Source of the DNA: Candidatus Latescibacterota bacterium
Lineage (GTDB): Bacteria > Latescibacterota > UBA2968
Direction: 5' to 3'
DNA length: 64,000 nucleotides
NCBI GenBank assembly: GCA_965208125.1
Contig: OZ242320.1
Coordinates: 3,872,001 to 3,936,000, forward strand
This document shows, piece by piece, positions 18,075-27,891 of the stretch. Made by a program: the position numbers and the translations under genes. The notes below the pieces were generated by a model. That model had not been told where the DNA came from. It was given only the letters and a program-made list of their open reading frames with translations, and searched no databases. How positions within the stretch are numbered: position 1 is the stretch's first letter; each line of letters starts with the position of its first letter.

Positions 18075-20003
18075 ATGGCAGAGGAGCAAAGGATGCCTCA
18101 TAGTGAAGCTGAATACGGAATCGTCCTGTCGAAAAACGTCATGGTCTCCATGCGGGACGGTACTCGTCTGGCCACAGATATTTACCGTCCAGCACGCGAT
18201 GGAGACCCACTGCCGGGGCCCTTTCCCACAATTCTGTGTCGCACCCCGTATGACAAATCCGATGCACGCTATGAGGAAATAGGAGACTTCTTTACGCCAC
18301 ATGGGTATGTGACCGTGCTCCAGGACCTGCGAGGCCGACACCGTTCCGAAGGTTTGGGTCAGTACTTCCACGTTGCCAACATCAATGACGGCCTGGACGG
18401 CTATGACACGGTAGAATGGATCGCTGCCCAGCCCTGGTCAAACAAACGCGTGGGGGCTGTTGGCAGTTCTTTCGCGGCTCTGGTGCAGACACGAATGGCG
18501 TTTCACCGTCCGCCGCATCTCACCGCCATCTGGCCAGACGTAACACCCATCAACAGCTATCACCACCAGGCTCGGGAAGGCGGGGCTATGCAGATGCACA
18601 TGTTCTGGGCGCTTTACCTCCATGCTCAGGACGCACAGGAAATCCAGAATGACCCTGAAGCGCAGGACGCTGTCTGGAACGATCTCCGTGGGATTCGCGA
18701 GCTTCTCGTTTCAATGCCGTTTCAGCCCGGTCAAACTGCTCTATCCGCAGTTCCCAATCTCGAAAAAACGCTTTTTGACTACTATCATCGGGGAGAATAC
18801 GATAGTTTCTGGGAGCGGGAATACAACGATTTCGAGCGGAATTTCGAACGCCACGCAGACATTCCTGGCACCTATTCAAGCGGCTGGTACGACCCGTACG
18901 CGGTAGCCGTCACGGGCTATTTTGCCGCAATGGCCAAACAAAACTTTTCGCCGCAGCGACTGGTGATGGGCCCCTGGAATCACGTGGGGATGAGAGGGGA
19001 TTCTTCTTTCACGGGAGATGTAGATTTTGGATCTGACAGTGTTTGGGGTGTAAGCAGCTACTTCGAAGAACAACGCCGGTTTTTTGCCGCATGGCTAAGA
19101 GGCAAGTCTTCGGGAAAGGAAGACGACCCACCTGTGAGTATATTTGTGATGGGCGGAGGAACAGGTCGCAAAACAGACGAGGGAAAATACCATCACGGAG
19201 GAAGATGGCGTCGTGAGTGGGAGTGGCCGTTGGCCCGTACCCATACCCTCCAGTACCACTTTCATTCGCAAGGCCTGCTGAGTACAGATGAGCCGGATGA
19301 AGAAAGCTCTCCCTTGTCCTTCACCTACGACCCCGCCAATCCGATACCCACGATTGGAGGCAGTCTGTGCGGTATCATGGAACTTCCGAAGGATGATGGA
19401 GACCTGGACCAGATGTGGAGCCGATTTCTCTCGCCGGTCACGCGACTGCGCAACATCGTCATTCCCGGGCCGGCCCATCAAAAGGAATCTGCCGACGTAT
19501 TTGGCGCGAATCCCCCTTACCAGCTTTTGGCGGATCGACCGGATGTGCTGGTCTTTCAGACATCTCCTCTGGAGGAGGATCTGGAAGTAACCGGATCCGC
19601 CATCGTCACATTGTGGATTTCTTCCTCGGCTCCCGATACCGATTTCACCGCGAAGCTCATTGACCTTGCGCCAGCCAACGATGACTATCCGGACGGATAT
19701 GCAATGAACCTCGTGGATTCCGTGATTCGCACGCGGTATCGAAATAGCTGGGAACAGGAAGAACTCATGGAACCCGGTGAAGTCTATCGGGTTCAGATTC
19801 CTCTGCCCCCAACCAGTAATTTGTTTCAGGCCGGGCATCGGATTCGGATCGATATATCCAGCAGCAATTTCCCCCGCCTGGACCTGAATCCCAATACGGG
19901 CGAGCCGATGGGAAGGCATACACACACGGTACCCGCACGCAACAAGGTATATATGGACAAGCAGCGCCCATCGGGCGTGCTTCTGCCGACGATCCCCGTC
20001 TGA
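18075..20003 (+). CDS. CocE/NonD family serine hydrolase (peptidase S15-like)
   Basis: MRDGTRLATDIY, RTPYDK, QDLRGRHRSEG, GSSFAA nucleophile elbow, GWYD, GPWNH, DTDFTAKL, ISSSNFPR. Start could be 18093. Confidence 0.9.
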   Translation: MAEEQRMPHSEAEYGIVLSKNVMVSMRDGTRLATDIYRPARDGDPLPGPFPTILCRTPYDKSDARYEEIGDFFTPHGYVTVLQDLRGRHRSEGLGQYFHVANINDGLDGYDTVEWIAAQPWSNKRVGAVGSSFAALVQTRMAFHRPPHLTAIWPDVTPINSYHHQAREGGAMQMHMFWALYLHAQDAQEIQNDPEAQDAVWNDLRGIRELLVSMPFQPGQTALSAVPNLEKTLFDYYHRGEYDSFWEREYNDFERNFERHADIPGTYSSGWYDPYAVAVTGYFAAMAKQNFSPQRLVMGPWNHVGMRGDSSFTGDVDFGSDSVWGVSSYFEEQRRFFAAWLRGKSSGKEDDPPVSIFVMGGGTGRKTDEGKYHHGGRWRREWEWPLARTHTLQYHFHSQGLLSTDEPDEESSPLSFTYDPANPIPTIGGSLCGIMELPKDDGDLDQMWSRFLSPVTRLRNIVIPGPAHQKESADVFGANPPYQLLADRPDVLVFQTSPLEEDLEVTGSAIVTLWISSSAPDTDFTAKLIDLAPANDDYPDGYAMNLVDSVIRTRYRNSWEQEELMEPGEVYRVQIPLPPTSNLFQAGHRIRIDISSSNFPRLDLNPNTGEPMGRHTHTVPARNKVYMDKQRPSGVLLPTIPV

Positions 20004-20023
20004 GCATTCATTGGAGAGAACAC

Positions 20024-21325
20024 ATGGAAACTCGATTGCAGGCCGGATTTGCACGAACGGATATTACCCCAGATCTGGGATGTCTGCTGCTGGGCTACCC
20101 GGCCCCAGACCGCAGAGCCGAATCCGTACGCGACCGACTCAACGCGAATGCGCTCTACCTGGAACAAAATAGCGTGAGAGCCGTCATCTTGAGCCTTGAT
20201 GTGTGCATTGTAGATGATGTCGAAGTCGAGTCTATTCGCCAGGGAATCTATGATCGAACAGGCATCCCTTCGGATCATATCACTGTCTGTGCTATCCAGA
20301 CTCACAGTGGACCCTGCACCATTGATTGCTGGGGATGGAGCGAAAAGGACAAACCGTATATCGATAGGCTCGTCGAGAGAAGCATTGAAGCCGCCGTCAC
20401 CGCTGCTCAATCACCCATACCTATAACTGTAGGCATCGGCACAACGCAGAGTGACGTGGGGGTCAACCGACGAGAGGTCCTTGAAAACCACGAAGTTGCC
20501 CTGGGTGTCAATCCCTGGGGGCCTTATGATCCCGATATGACCCTTTTGCGATTTGAAGGGAAGGATGGGCCACTTGTCTCATTGATCCACTACGGCGCGC
20601 ATCCAACCGTTTTCTCCAGTGCCAACAGGGCAGTGTCCCGCGATTGGCCAGGTGTCATGATCGACCGGGTGGAACACCTCACGGGCGTCCCGACTTTCTT
20701 TGTCAATGGTGCCGTAGGTGACATCGCTCCCCGCACCAATAGTCTCCGCGCCGTCGGAGATGGCGAAATGGCGCTCATGGAAGTCGGAGGGCGAGCGGGT
20801 ATGGATGCGATGCGTGCTTACCGGTCCATCAAGACGTTCCAAGACCTGCCGTTGTCCATCATTACCGGAGACATCATGATGCCTTACCGGTCGCTGCCGC
20901 CACTGGAAGAAGCAGAGCGGGAGTTTGCCTTGACTAAATCCGAAAAAGATGAGCCAGGGAAGGGCATGTGCGAGTACAAACACTGGGAAGCCGTTATCCA
21001 TGCCCACAAAACCGAACCGTTACCTGGCACAACTTACCGGCAGGTGATCACTGCTCTCGGGCCGATTGCATTTGTCCCTTTTCCCGGCGAGCCATTCGCA
21101 GAAATCGTTCTTCGATTGCGCCAGTACAGTCCCTTTCAATATACGCTTTGCGCCAGTACTTCGTGTGGCAGCTATGGCTATTTCGTCACGCGGGATTCGC
21201 TGCACCGCGGTGGGTACGAAGTCTGGGTGGCCAAAGCCTTCGGCGCGTACATTCTGGCTGAAAATATCGACGACGTCCTGGTCGAAGAAAATCTGGCTCT
21301 CCTGCACAATCTGCACGACCTGTAG
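20024..21325 (+). CDS. Neutral/alkaline ceramidase-fold amidohydrolase (QxH variant)
   Basis: TDITP, IQTHSGP, NRRE, YGAHP, SRDWPG, NGAVGDIAP, PGEPF, GGYE. Confidence 0.78.
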   Translation: METRLQAGFARTDITPDLGCLLLGYPAPDRRAESVRDRLNANALYLEQNSVRAVILSLDVCIVDDVEVESIRQGIYDRTGIPSDHITVCAIQTHSGPCTIDCWGWSEKDKPYIDRLVERSIEAAVTAAQSPIPITVGIGTTQSDVGVNRREVLENHEVALGVNPWGPYDPDMTLLRFEGKDGPLVSLIHYGAHPTVFSSANRAVSRDWPGVMIDRVEHLTGVPTFFVNGAVGDIAPRTNSLRAVGDGEMALMEVGGRAGMDAMRAYRSIKTFQDLPLSIITGDIMMPYRSLPPLEEAEREFALTKSEKDEPGKGMCEYKHWEAVIHAHKTEPLPGTTYRQVITALGPIAFVPFPGEPFAEIVLRLRQYSPFQYTLCASTSCGSYGYFVTRDSLHRGGYEVWVAKAFGAYILAENIDDVLVEENLALLHNLHDL

Positions 21326-21403
21326 GCCATCACGTTCAGGTTTCACCCATGGATATTCTCCAGGAGAATCAACTTCCGGGCTGTTGACTCTTCGCCTTAG
21401 AGG

Positions 21404-22960
21404 TCAACCCCTGCGTTCGGCGGCTGAGCCAAAGCCGCCGCCGCCGGCCTCGCGCATCGAAATCCGATCACCGGGTGACAGCTCGACACGCGATTTGGGG
21501 TCGACCAGTTGACCATTGACTTCGTACCGGCGAAGTGCCCCGTCGTCGCCGCCTTGTAGCCCCTTGGCTGCAAATTCGGTTCGCTGACCCATTAGGGCTA
21601 TCTCGAGGAGATGGCCGGTGTCATTGCGAAAGACCACTTCCTGGCCGTCGCCGCCGCGCCACTTCCCGTCGCCGCCTGTGTCGGGTAGGATCTCACGCTT
21701 TTCGATGGTGATGGACGTGCGGTTTTCCCAGACCTCCGTGGGGACCACAGTCATGTTGGACGGCGCCGGTGTGACGGCGCGGCCATCCTGCCCCAGCATG
21801 GCACCGAGGCCGCCGGCGAGAAAGAAGAGTGAGGAGATTTCCTCGCCGTCACGGTGACGTCCCTGGACGCTGAAGACATTCATCATGGCGGCGTCGGCCT
21901 GGACACGGTCCGGCAGGGCCGGCGCCATGGCACCCATCACGAGCGGGACAACGAAGTGACCCACCGAATGTCGCCCACCGGTCGCCCACGGCGGTTGTGC
22001 ATTGAGGATGCAATGATCGGGTGCCGAGATATCGATCGGCCGTGCCGCGCCGGCATTGTTCGGCAGATTGGGGATCGTCAGACACTTGATCACGTAGTTG
22101 GCCTGGGCGCGGGTGTAACAGAACGGCACGTTAATTGAGGCCCGCACAGGGCCTTCAGTGCCGGTGAAATCTATGGCGACATGACTGCCGTTTACTCTGA
22201 CGTTGGCGGCCAGTTGAATTGGCCGGCCCGGCCCCTCAATTGCAATGGCATTGGCATAAGAGCCGTCAGGGATCTCGGCGATGCGTTCGCACATTGCGGC
22301 CTCGGCGTGATCGTTGATGGCGTCGGAGAGTGTTTCGATCTCATCGAGACCGTACTCGTCCATGAACTCCAGCAAGGCCCGCCCGCCGACTTCGTTACAA
22401 GCGATGTTCGCCATCAAATCGCCAACCGTCTGTTCCGGAACGCGGACGTTGGTGCGAACGATATCGAGGAGGAGTTCATTTAGCTGCCCACCGTCGCTTA
22501 GCTTGCACACGGGAAGGCGCAGGCCCTCGTGGTACACCTCCGTGCAGTCAGACGCCATGCCTTTGCCGCCGATATCCGGCAGATGCGTGACACTCATGGT
22601 GAACCCTGTCAGGCGATCGCCACGAAATACCGGACGCATGACATTGATGTCGAATAAGTGACCGGTGCCCATCCATGGATCGTTGGTGGCGATGACATCG
22701 CCGGGTTTCAACGTGTTGGCCGGAAACGCACGCAGCATGTGAGCGATGGTCTGTGGTGCCGTTCCGGTGAAGGACGGCACCGAGTAGCTGCCCTGCGCCA
22801 CGAGGTGTGCCCTGGCGTCAAAGATCATACATGACAGGTCGTAGCCCTCTCGAACATTCATGGAGAACGATGTGCGGACGAGCGACAGGACGAGTTCGTC
22901 GGCAATCGAGACCAGGCGGTCCCATAAGATCTTGAGACTGACGGGATCGTACTGGGTCAT
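21404..22960 (-). CDS. Hydantoinase B/oxoprolinase family subunit (pair 2, short C-terminus)
   Basis: DPVSLKILW, DLSC, NDPWMGTGHLFD, HLPDIGG, GGDGKWRGGDG, GGGGFG; ATGA overlap with the upstream A gene. Confidence 0.9.
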   Translation of the reverse strand: MTQYDPVSLKILWDRLVSIADELVLSLVRTSFSMNVREGYDLSCMIFDARAHLVAQGSYSVPSFTGTAPQTIAHMLRAFPANTLKPGDVIATNDPWMGTGHLFDINVMRPVFRGDRLTGFTMSVTHLPDIGGKGMASDCTEVYHEGLRLPVCKLSDGGQLNELLLDIVRTNVRVPEQTVGDLMANIACNEVGGRALLEFMDEYGLDEIETLSDAINDHAEAAMCERIAEIPDGSYANAIAIEGPGRPIQLAANVRVNGSHVAIDFTGTEGPVRASINVPFCYTRAQANYVIKCLTIPNLPNNAGAARPIDISAPDHCILNAQPPWATGGRHSVGHFVVPLVMGAMAPALPDRVQADAAMMNVFSVQGRHRDGEEISSLFFLAGGLGAMLGQDGRAVTPAPSNMTVVPTEVWENRTSITIEKREILPDTGGDGKWRGGDGQEVVFRNDTGHLLEIALMGQRTEFAAKGLQGGDDGALRRYEVNGQLVDPKSRVELSPGDRISMREAGGGGFGSAAERRG

Positions 22961-25041
22961 GACGTCTCTCCGGCCAATGTCGCAATCAAGTTGCCCATGT
23001 CATCAACTTCGATCGTGTCGCCAACGCTCAGGACGGTTGTTGCCTCATTCTCCTGGACGAGGGCAGGACCCGTTATGTGCTGCCCCTGGTCCAGGGCGTA
23101 ACGATCGTAGATAGGACAATTGGCAAGTCCCGTTGCGTCGTCGCAGAAGATGCTGGCCTCACCAACCTGGTCTTGTGAGGTCAGAGCGCCGCTGAATGGG
23201 CGATAGCGATCTGCGAATTCCGGCTCAGGTCCGCTCGCCTCCACTTTCCAATTGACGATCTCAATTCCGGTATCGATTGGCGTGGCGGCAAAAATCTTGG
23301 CATAGGTTTCGCAAAAGAGATCGGCAATGCCATTGCGGTCAATGCCCGGCGGAAGCGGCACTTCAACCTCGTGGCCCTGGCCGCAATACCGCATGTCAAG
23401 CCGCCTGTCAATTTGAATCTGCGCGTCGTCAATGCCGGCCTCTGCAAGGAGGCAACGTGCCTGGCGTTCAACCAGATTGAATCCGGCGTCGAGGCCATCT
23501 GCATCCAATTCTTCGAGATTGACCCGCCCAGAGCGCAAGGTTGCATAGGAGATCGGAGTCATCAAGAGTCCAATCGCCGACATCACGCCAGCACCGACGG
23601 GGAAAACCACCTTTGGGATTCGCAGCTTTCGAGCAATACGAATAGCGTGTGCCGGACCGGATCCGCCAAACGCGATCATTGTGCAGCGGCGGTAGTCGAA
23701 GCCGATTTCCGCAGCATGGGTGCGGAATGCCCGCGCGACGTCCTCGTTGATGACCTCATGAACACCCCAGGCAGCTCGGATCGTGTCGACCCGAAGTGGT
23801 TCGGCGACATTCCGGTCAATTGCATGATGTGCGGCTTCGCTGTCCAGGATCATATTCCGACCAAGAAATGCCTCTGGAACCAGATAGCCGAGGGTCAGGT
23901 TGGCATCCGTCAACGTTGCGTTGTCGCCGCCCTGGCTATAACAGGCTGGTCCGGGCTCAGCGCCGGCGCTCTTGGGTCCAACGGCCAAAAGATTGCGTTC
24001 GTCGACATTGGCGATTGACCCACCACCGGCACCGATCTCAATCATGTCGATCACTGGGATACGGAGTGGGAGACCGCTGCCTTGCTTGAAGTCATGCTCT
24101 CGCGCCACTTCGAACTCGTAGCGGCGCAGGGGGCGGCCATTGCGGATTAGGGCGCCCTTTGCCGTCGTCCCGCCCATGTCAAATGCCAGTAGATTGGGTT
24201 CGCCAATTCGCTGTCCCAAATTGGCCGCCATGAGGGCACCGGCGGCCGGCCCCGACTCGATAAGCCGCACCGGATAGCGCCGCGCGATTTCAGGCGTGAC
24301 CATGCCGCCAGATGATGTCATCACCAGAAAACGACCATCAAATCCCATGGTGGACAGTCCGGTCTCCAGGCGTTCGAGATAGCGATCGGTCAGCGGGCGC
24401 ACATACGCGTTGATCGTGGTTGTCGACCAGCGTTCATATTCCCGCATGAAGGGCAGTACGTCGGACGAGGTGCTAACATGCAGGTCGGGAAATGCCTTCG
24501 CGACAGTATCTCGGGCCTGGTTTTCGTGATCCGGATTGGCATAGGCATGCAAGAAACAGATGGCCAGAGCCTCTATCCCATGCGCAGAAACCAGGTGTGC
24601 GACGGCCGCCTGGACCTCTTTTTTATTCAAGGGTGTCTCAACCTGCCCATCAAATAGGATGCGTTCCGAAAGCTCGGCTCGCAGATCCCGTGGGACGACT
24701 GGCTCTGCAAAACCCAGTCGCAGGTCGAACAAATCGTAGCGACGCTCCATGGCGATATCCAGGACATCGCGGAAACCCCTGGTGACCAACATGCCAGTCG
24801 TCGCGCCGCGGCGTTCGATGACGGCATTCGTGACGAGCGTCGTGCCGTGTGACAGGACGGTGACGTCGGAGATATCGACGCCGGTTCGGCTGAGTAGTGC
24901 TGCAATTCCGGTCAGAACGCTGAGCGATGGATCGGACGGTGTGGTCAATTGCTTGTGTGTTGAGAGTTCGCCGGAGTCGTTATCGACCAGTGCGAAATCG
25001 GTAAAGGTGCCGCCGATATCGACGCCAAGCCTATGGGCCAT
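22957..25041 (-). CDS. Hydantoinase A/oxoprolinase family subunit (pair 2)
   Basis: DIGGTFTD, ESGPAAG, DMGGTTAK, EIGAGGGSI; ATG 25041 after GGAG. Confidence 0.92.
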   Translation of the reverse strand: MAHRLGVDIGGTFTDFALVDNDSGELSTHKQLTTPSDPSLSVLTGIAALLSRTGVDISDVTVLSHGTTLVTNAVIERRGATTGMLVTRGFRDVLDIAMERRYDLFDLRLGFAEPVVPRDLRAELSERILFDGQVETPLNKKEVQAAVAHLVSAHGIEALAICFLHAYANPDHENQARDTVAKAFPDLHVSTSSDVLPFMREYERWSTTTINAYVRPLTDRYLERLETGLSTMGFDGRFLVMTSSGGMVTPEIARRYPVRLIESGPAAGALMAANLGQRIGEPNLLAFDMGGTTAKGALIRNGRPLRRYEFEVAREHDFKQGSGLPLRIPVIDMIEIGAGGGSIANVDERNLLAVGPKSAGAEPGPACYSQGGDNATLTDANLTLGYLVPEAFLGRNMILDSEAAHHAIDRNVAEPLRVDTIRAAWGVHEVINEDVARAFRTHAAEIGFDYRRCTMIAFGGSGPAHAIRIARKLRIPKVVFPVGAGVMSAIGLLMTPISYATLRSGRVNLEELDADGLDAGFNLVERQARCLLAEAGIDDAQIQIDRRLDMRYCGQGHEVEVPLPPGIDRNGIADLFCETYAKIFAATPIDTGIEIVNWKVEASGPEPEFADRYRPFSGALTSQDQVGEASIFCDDATGLANCPIYDRYALDQGQHITGPALVQENEATTVLSVGDTIEVDDMGNLIATLAGETS

Positions 25042-26107
25042 GGGATGCTCCACTGAGAACTGAGTGAAACGCCTTCAGTGTGATCTCAACGGCGTTCTCA
25101 GTGATTTCGTGATGGGTCACAAGACGCACGTCATCGCCGAACGGCAAAACCAGCACGCCCTCACGTTCAAGCGCGGCGGCAAGGGTTTCGGGGCGCATTG
25201 TGTTTGGACGTGCGAGCACGATGTTCGACTCCACCTGGGACTTGTCAATACTAAGCGTTGGCTGGGAAGACAGATCATTTGCCAGTTGTCGCGCAGTGGT
25301 GTGATCTATGTGCAGTCGTTCGATCATCGTCTCGATCGCAACGATACCTGCCGCGGCAACAATGCCGGCCGGTCGCCAACCGCCGCCGAACATTTGTCTG
25401 ATGCGCATCGCCTCGGCGATGAACCCATCGGGTCCGGCAAGGATCGCGCCGAGTGGCGCACCAAGTCCTTTGTTGAGATTGAAGGAAACGGTATCGCATG
25501 TCATGGCGATGTCACGCGCCGGGATTCCTGAGGCGACGGCTGCATTGAAGATCCGCGCGCCGTCAAGGTGCACCGGTACCTCCTGACTGCTGGCGATGTC
25601 GTAAATAGCTGTCATGTGTGCCGTGGGCACGACACGACCTCCAGAACGCACGTGCGTGTTTTCCTGGGCGACTGCGGCGGGGCGCGGGTGCTGTGCATCG
25701 CTGTGTCGGAGGGAATCACGCAAAGCGTCGAGGTCAAGCGCACCGGCCTGGGCCGGGATCATCTTCGGCATGGCACCGGACAGCGCGGCGGTGGCGGCCG
25801 ACTCCGACGTCACAACGTGGGCGTCAGCTTCCGTTACGAACAACTCACCGGGCCTGCAATGAATATGTAGCGCAATTTGGTTGGCCATCGTGCAAGTCGG
25901 CACAAAAAGAGCGTCGTCCTTTCCGATGACCTCCGCCGCGCGATTTTCGAGGTCGGCAACGATCGTGTCTTCGCGCAGCCCGAAGCCGCAGGGTTGCCTC
26001 GCAGCACGCAGCATCGCTTCAACCATGGCCGGAGTTGGTCGGGCAACAAAGTCCGATCTGAGATCGACTATCTGAGCTGCACCGCCGTCAGTAATGTTCT
26101 GGCACAT
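25031..26107 (-). CDS. Low-specificity L-threonine aldolase-like PLP enzyme
   Basis: DLRSD, TMANQIAL, ENTH, HLDGARIFNA, NKGLGAPLG (PLP Lys), FGGGWR, VRLVTH. Confidence 0.85.
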   Translation of the reverse strand: MCQNITDGGAAQIVDLRSDFVARPTPAMVEAMLRAARQPCGFGLREDTIVADLENRAAEVIGKDDALFVPTCTMANQIALHIHCRPGELFVTEADAHVVTSESAATAALSGAMPKMIPAQAGALDLDALRDSLRHSDAQHPRPAAVAQENTHVRSGGRVVPTAHMTAIYDIASSQEVPVHLDGARIFNAAVASGIPARDIAMTCDTVSFNLNKGLGAPLGAILAGPDGFIAEAMRIRQMFGGGWRPAGIVAAAGIVAIETMIERLHIDHTTARQLANDLSSQPTLSIDKSQVESNIVLARPNTMRPETLAAALEREGVLVLPFGDDVRLVTHHEITENAVEITLKAFHSVLSGASHGP

Positions 26108-26265
26108 TATGTTCCTATCACCACCTGATGGCCATGGGCGTCAGCAGCTATGGTCTTTCCTCCCTGCAACTTCGCTGCTTTCTCCGTCTCTCACCAGGTT
26201 TCATAGTTCTCTGCAGGGCATCGTGACACCCAGAGAAGGCTCGAATTCTGGAATTTTCCACCTCA

Positions 26266-27807
26266 TTACCCTGCAAGGTCTTCTTTATCCAGCCACTGTC
26301 GCAACTCAGTTTTCAGGATCTTTCCGTAGTTGTTTTTGGGCAAACTATCCACAAAGAAATAGGCCCTGGGGCGCTTGAAGCGAGCGATATGATCGAGACA
26401 GAGCACATCCAGCTCGTCCTCCATCTTTTCACTGGCATCCTCCGCTACAACAAAAGCAACAACCTCCTCCCCCCATTCTGGATGTGGCCGGCCGATCACC
26501 GATACCTCCTGGACGGCTCCATGCATCAGCAGGACCTCCTCCACCTCCCGGGGATAGATGTTGGAGCCCCCACTGATAATGAGATCCTTTGAGCGATCCT
26601 TCAACGTCAAAAACCCGTCCTCGTCGAACGTACCCATGTCGCCCGTATGCAGCCAGCCGTTTCGCATGGTCGTTTCGGTTGCTTCCGGATTTTCCCAGTA
26701 TCCACACATGACAACATCACCCCTGACAATCACTTCGCCTATTTCGCCAGGAGGGAGCACCCGGTCATTCGAATCGACCACCCTGACTTCGACCACCGAC
26801 TGAGGGATCCCCGCCGATTGAAGCCGTTCTTCAAACCGAGCATGATCTTTCTCGGCATGCAGCCCTTTCGACAACGCCGTAATCGTCATCGGGCTTTCGC
26901 CTAAACCGTAGATCTGAACCAGCTTGTTGCCAAATAGATTTATGGCCTGCTTCAGATCGGCTACATACATCGGCGCACCGCCGTACACGATCGTTTTTAA
27001 GTTTGACGTATTAGCGCTGCGGCTGGTGGGATGATCGACCAGTCGTTTCACCATTGTCGGCGCTGCGAAAATCGTCATCCCTTCGTGGGAGACAATCAGG
27101 TCGAAAACTTCATCAGGATTGAACCGGCCACTCGCCGGGATGACCTGTTTTGCCGCAACAGCGACGTGGGAGAGGTTGTACAGACCCGAGCCGTGGGAGA
27201 GGGGAGCTGCATGCAGGATGCAATCTTCTGATGAGACCGCATCGACATCGACAAAGTAATTCAGCGTCAACGCCATCAAGTTGCGATGACTCAACACAGC
27301 TCCCTTGGGGCGACCCGTCGTACCACTCGTGTAGAATATCCAGGCGGGATCGTCGGACGAACGTTCTGCCATCCGAACCGATTTGCCCTGTCGCAGGGAT
27401 TTGTAATCGGATGAGGATACACAGCCCACATACTCGAGCGAAGGTATCAGATCGCGAAGCGAATCAATCGTCTCAAGCAAGTCAGCGGTGACAAAACAGC
27501 AGCGGGCGCCTGAGTTCTCGAGGATATACTGAAACTCACGCGCATGCAGCCTGGCGTTGATCGGGACTGTACACAGCCCGGCATGCCAGGCAGCGTACAT
27601 CACTTCGAGGAATTCCGCACAGTTCTGCATGGCGAGTGCGACGCGGTCCCCGGGTTTGAGATGGAGTTGATCGAGGAATCGACCTGCCATGGTCGATACG
27701 CGACTGTAGAGGTCTCCGTAGGAGCAGTACGCATTCTTACCAATTGCGATCGCGGGCTTTTCGCTGAAAGCGGTCCCCGCTCTAGCCACCAGATGAGCGA
27801 CATTCAA
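26266..27807 (-). CDS. AMP-dependent acyl-CoA synthetase/ligase
   Basis: YTSGTTGRPKG, YGLGE, TGDMG, DRSKDLIISGG, GKILK; TTG 27807 follows GGAGG. Confidence 0.92.
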   Translation of the reverse strand: MNVAHLVARAGTAFSEKPAIAIGKNAYCSYGDLYSRVSTMAGRFLDQLHLKPGDRVALAMQNCAEFLEVMYAAWHAGLCTVPINARLHAREFQYILENSGARCCFVTADLLETIDSLRDLIPSLEYVGCVSSSDYKSLRQGKSVRMAERSSDDPAWIFYTSGTTGRPKGAVLSHRNLMALTLNYFVDVDAVSSEDCILHAAPLSHGSGLYNLSHVAVAAKQVIPASGRFNPDEVFDLIVSHEGMTIFAAPTMVKRLVDHPTSRSANTSNLKTIVYGGAPMYVADLKQAINLFGNKLVQIYGLGESPMTITALSKGLHAEKDHARFEERLQSAGIPQSVVEVRVVDSNDRVLPPGEIGEVIVRGDVVMCGYWENPEATETTMRNGWLHTGDMGTFDEDGFLTLKDRSKDLIISGGSNIYPREVEEVLLMHGAVQEVSVIGRPHPEWGEEVVAFVVAEDASEKMEDELDVLCLDHIARFKRPRAYFFVDSLPKNNYGKILKTELRQWLDKEDLAG

Positions 27808-27891
27808 TGGCAAATCCTCCTCGGGACCGTCGTGTAAAGACCCAATCGGGGTCCGGCATGCCCCCGCGCAATCATAAACCCGCACAATCCT

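Noticed and set aside
21404-21500. Short C-terminus of HyuB pair 2 as a possible pseudogene
   Set aside because: All core motifs through GGGGFG are present; only the variable tail is missing.
18055-26254. 12-bp match GAATTCTGGAAT at ~18055 and ~26243
   Set aside because: Too short, opposite orientation relative to the genes, expected by chance.
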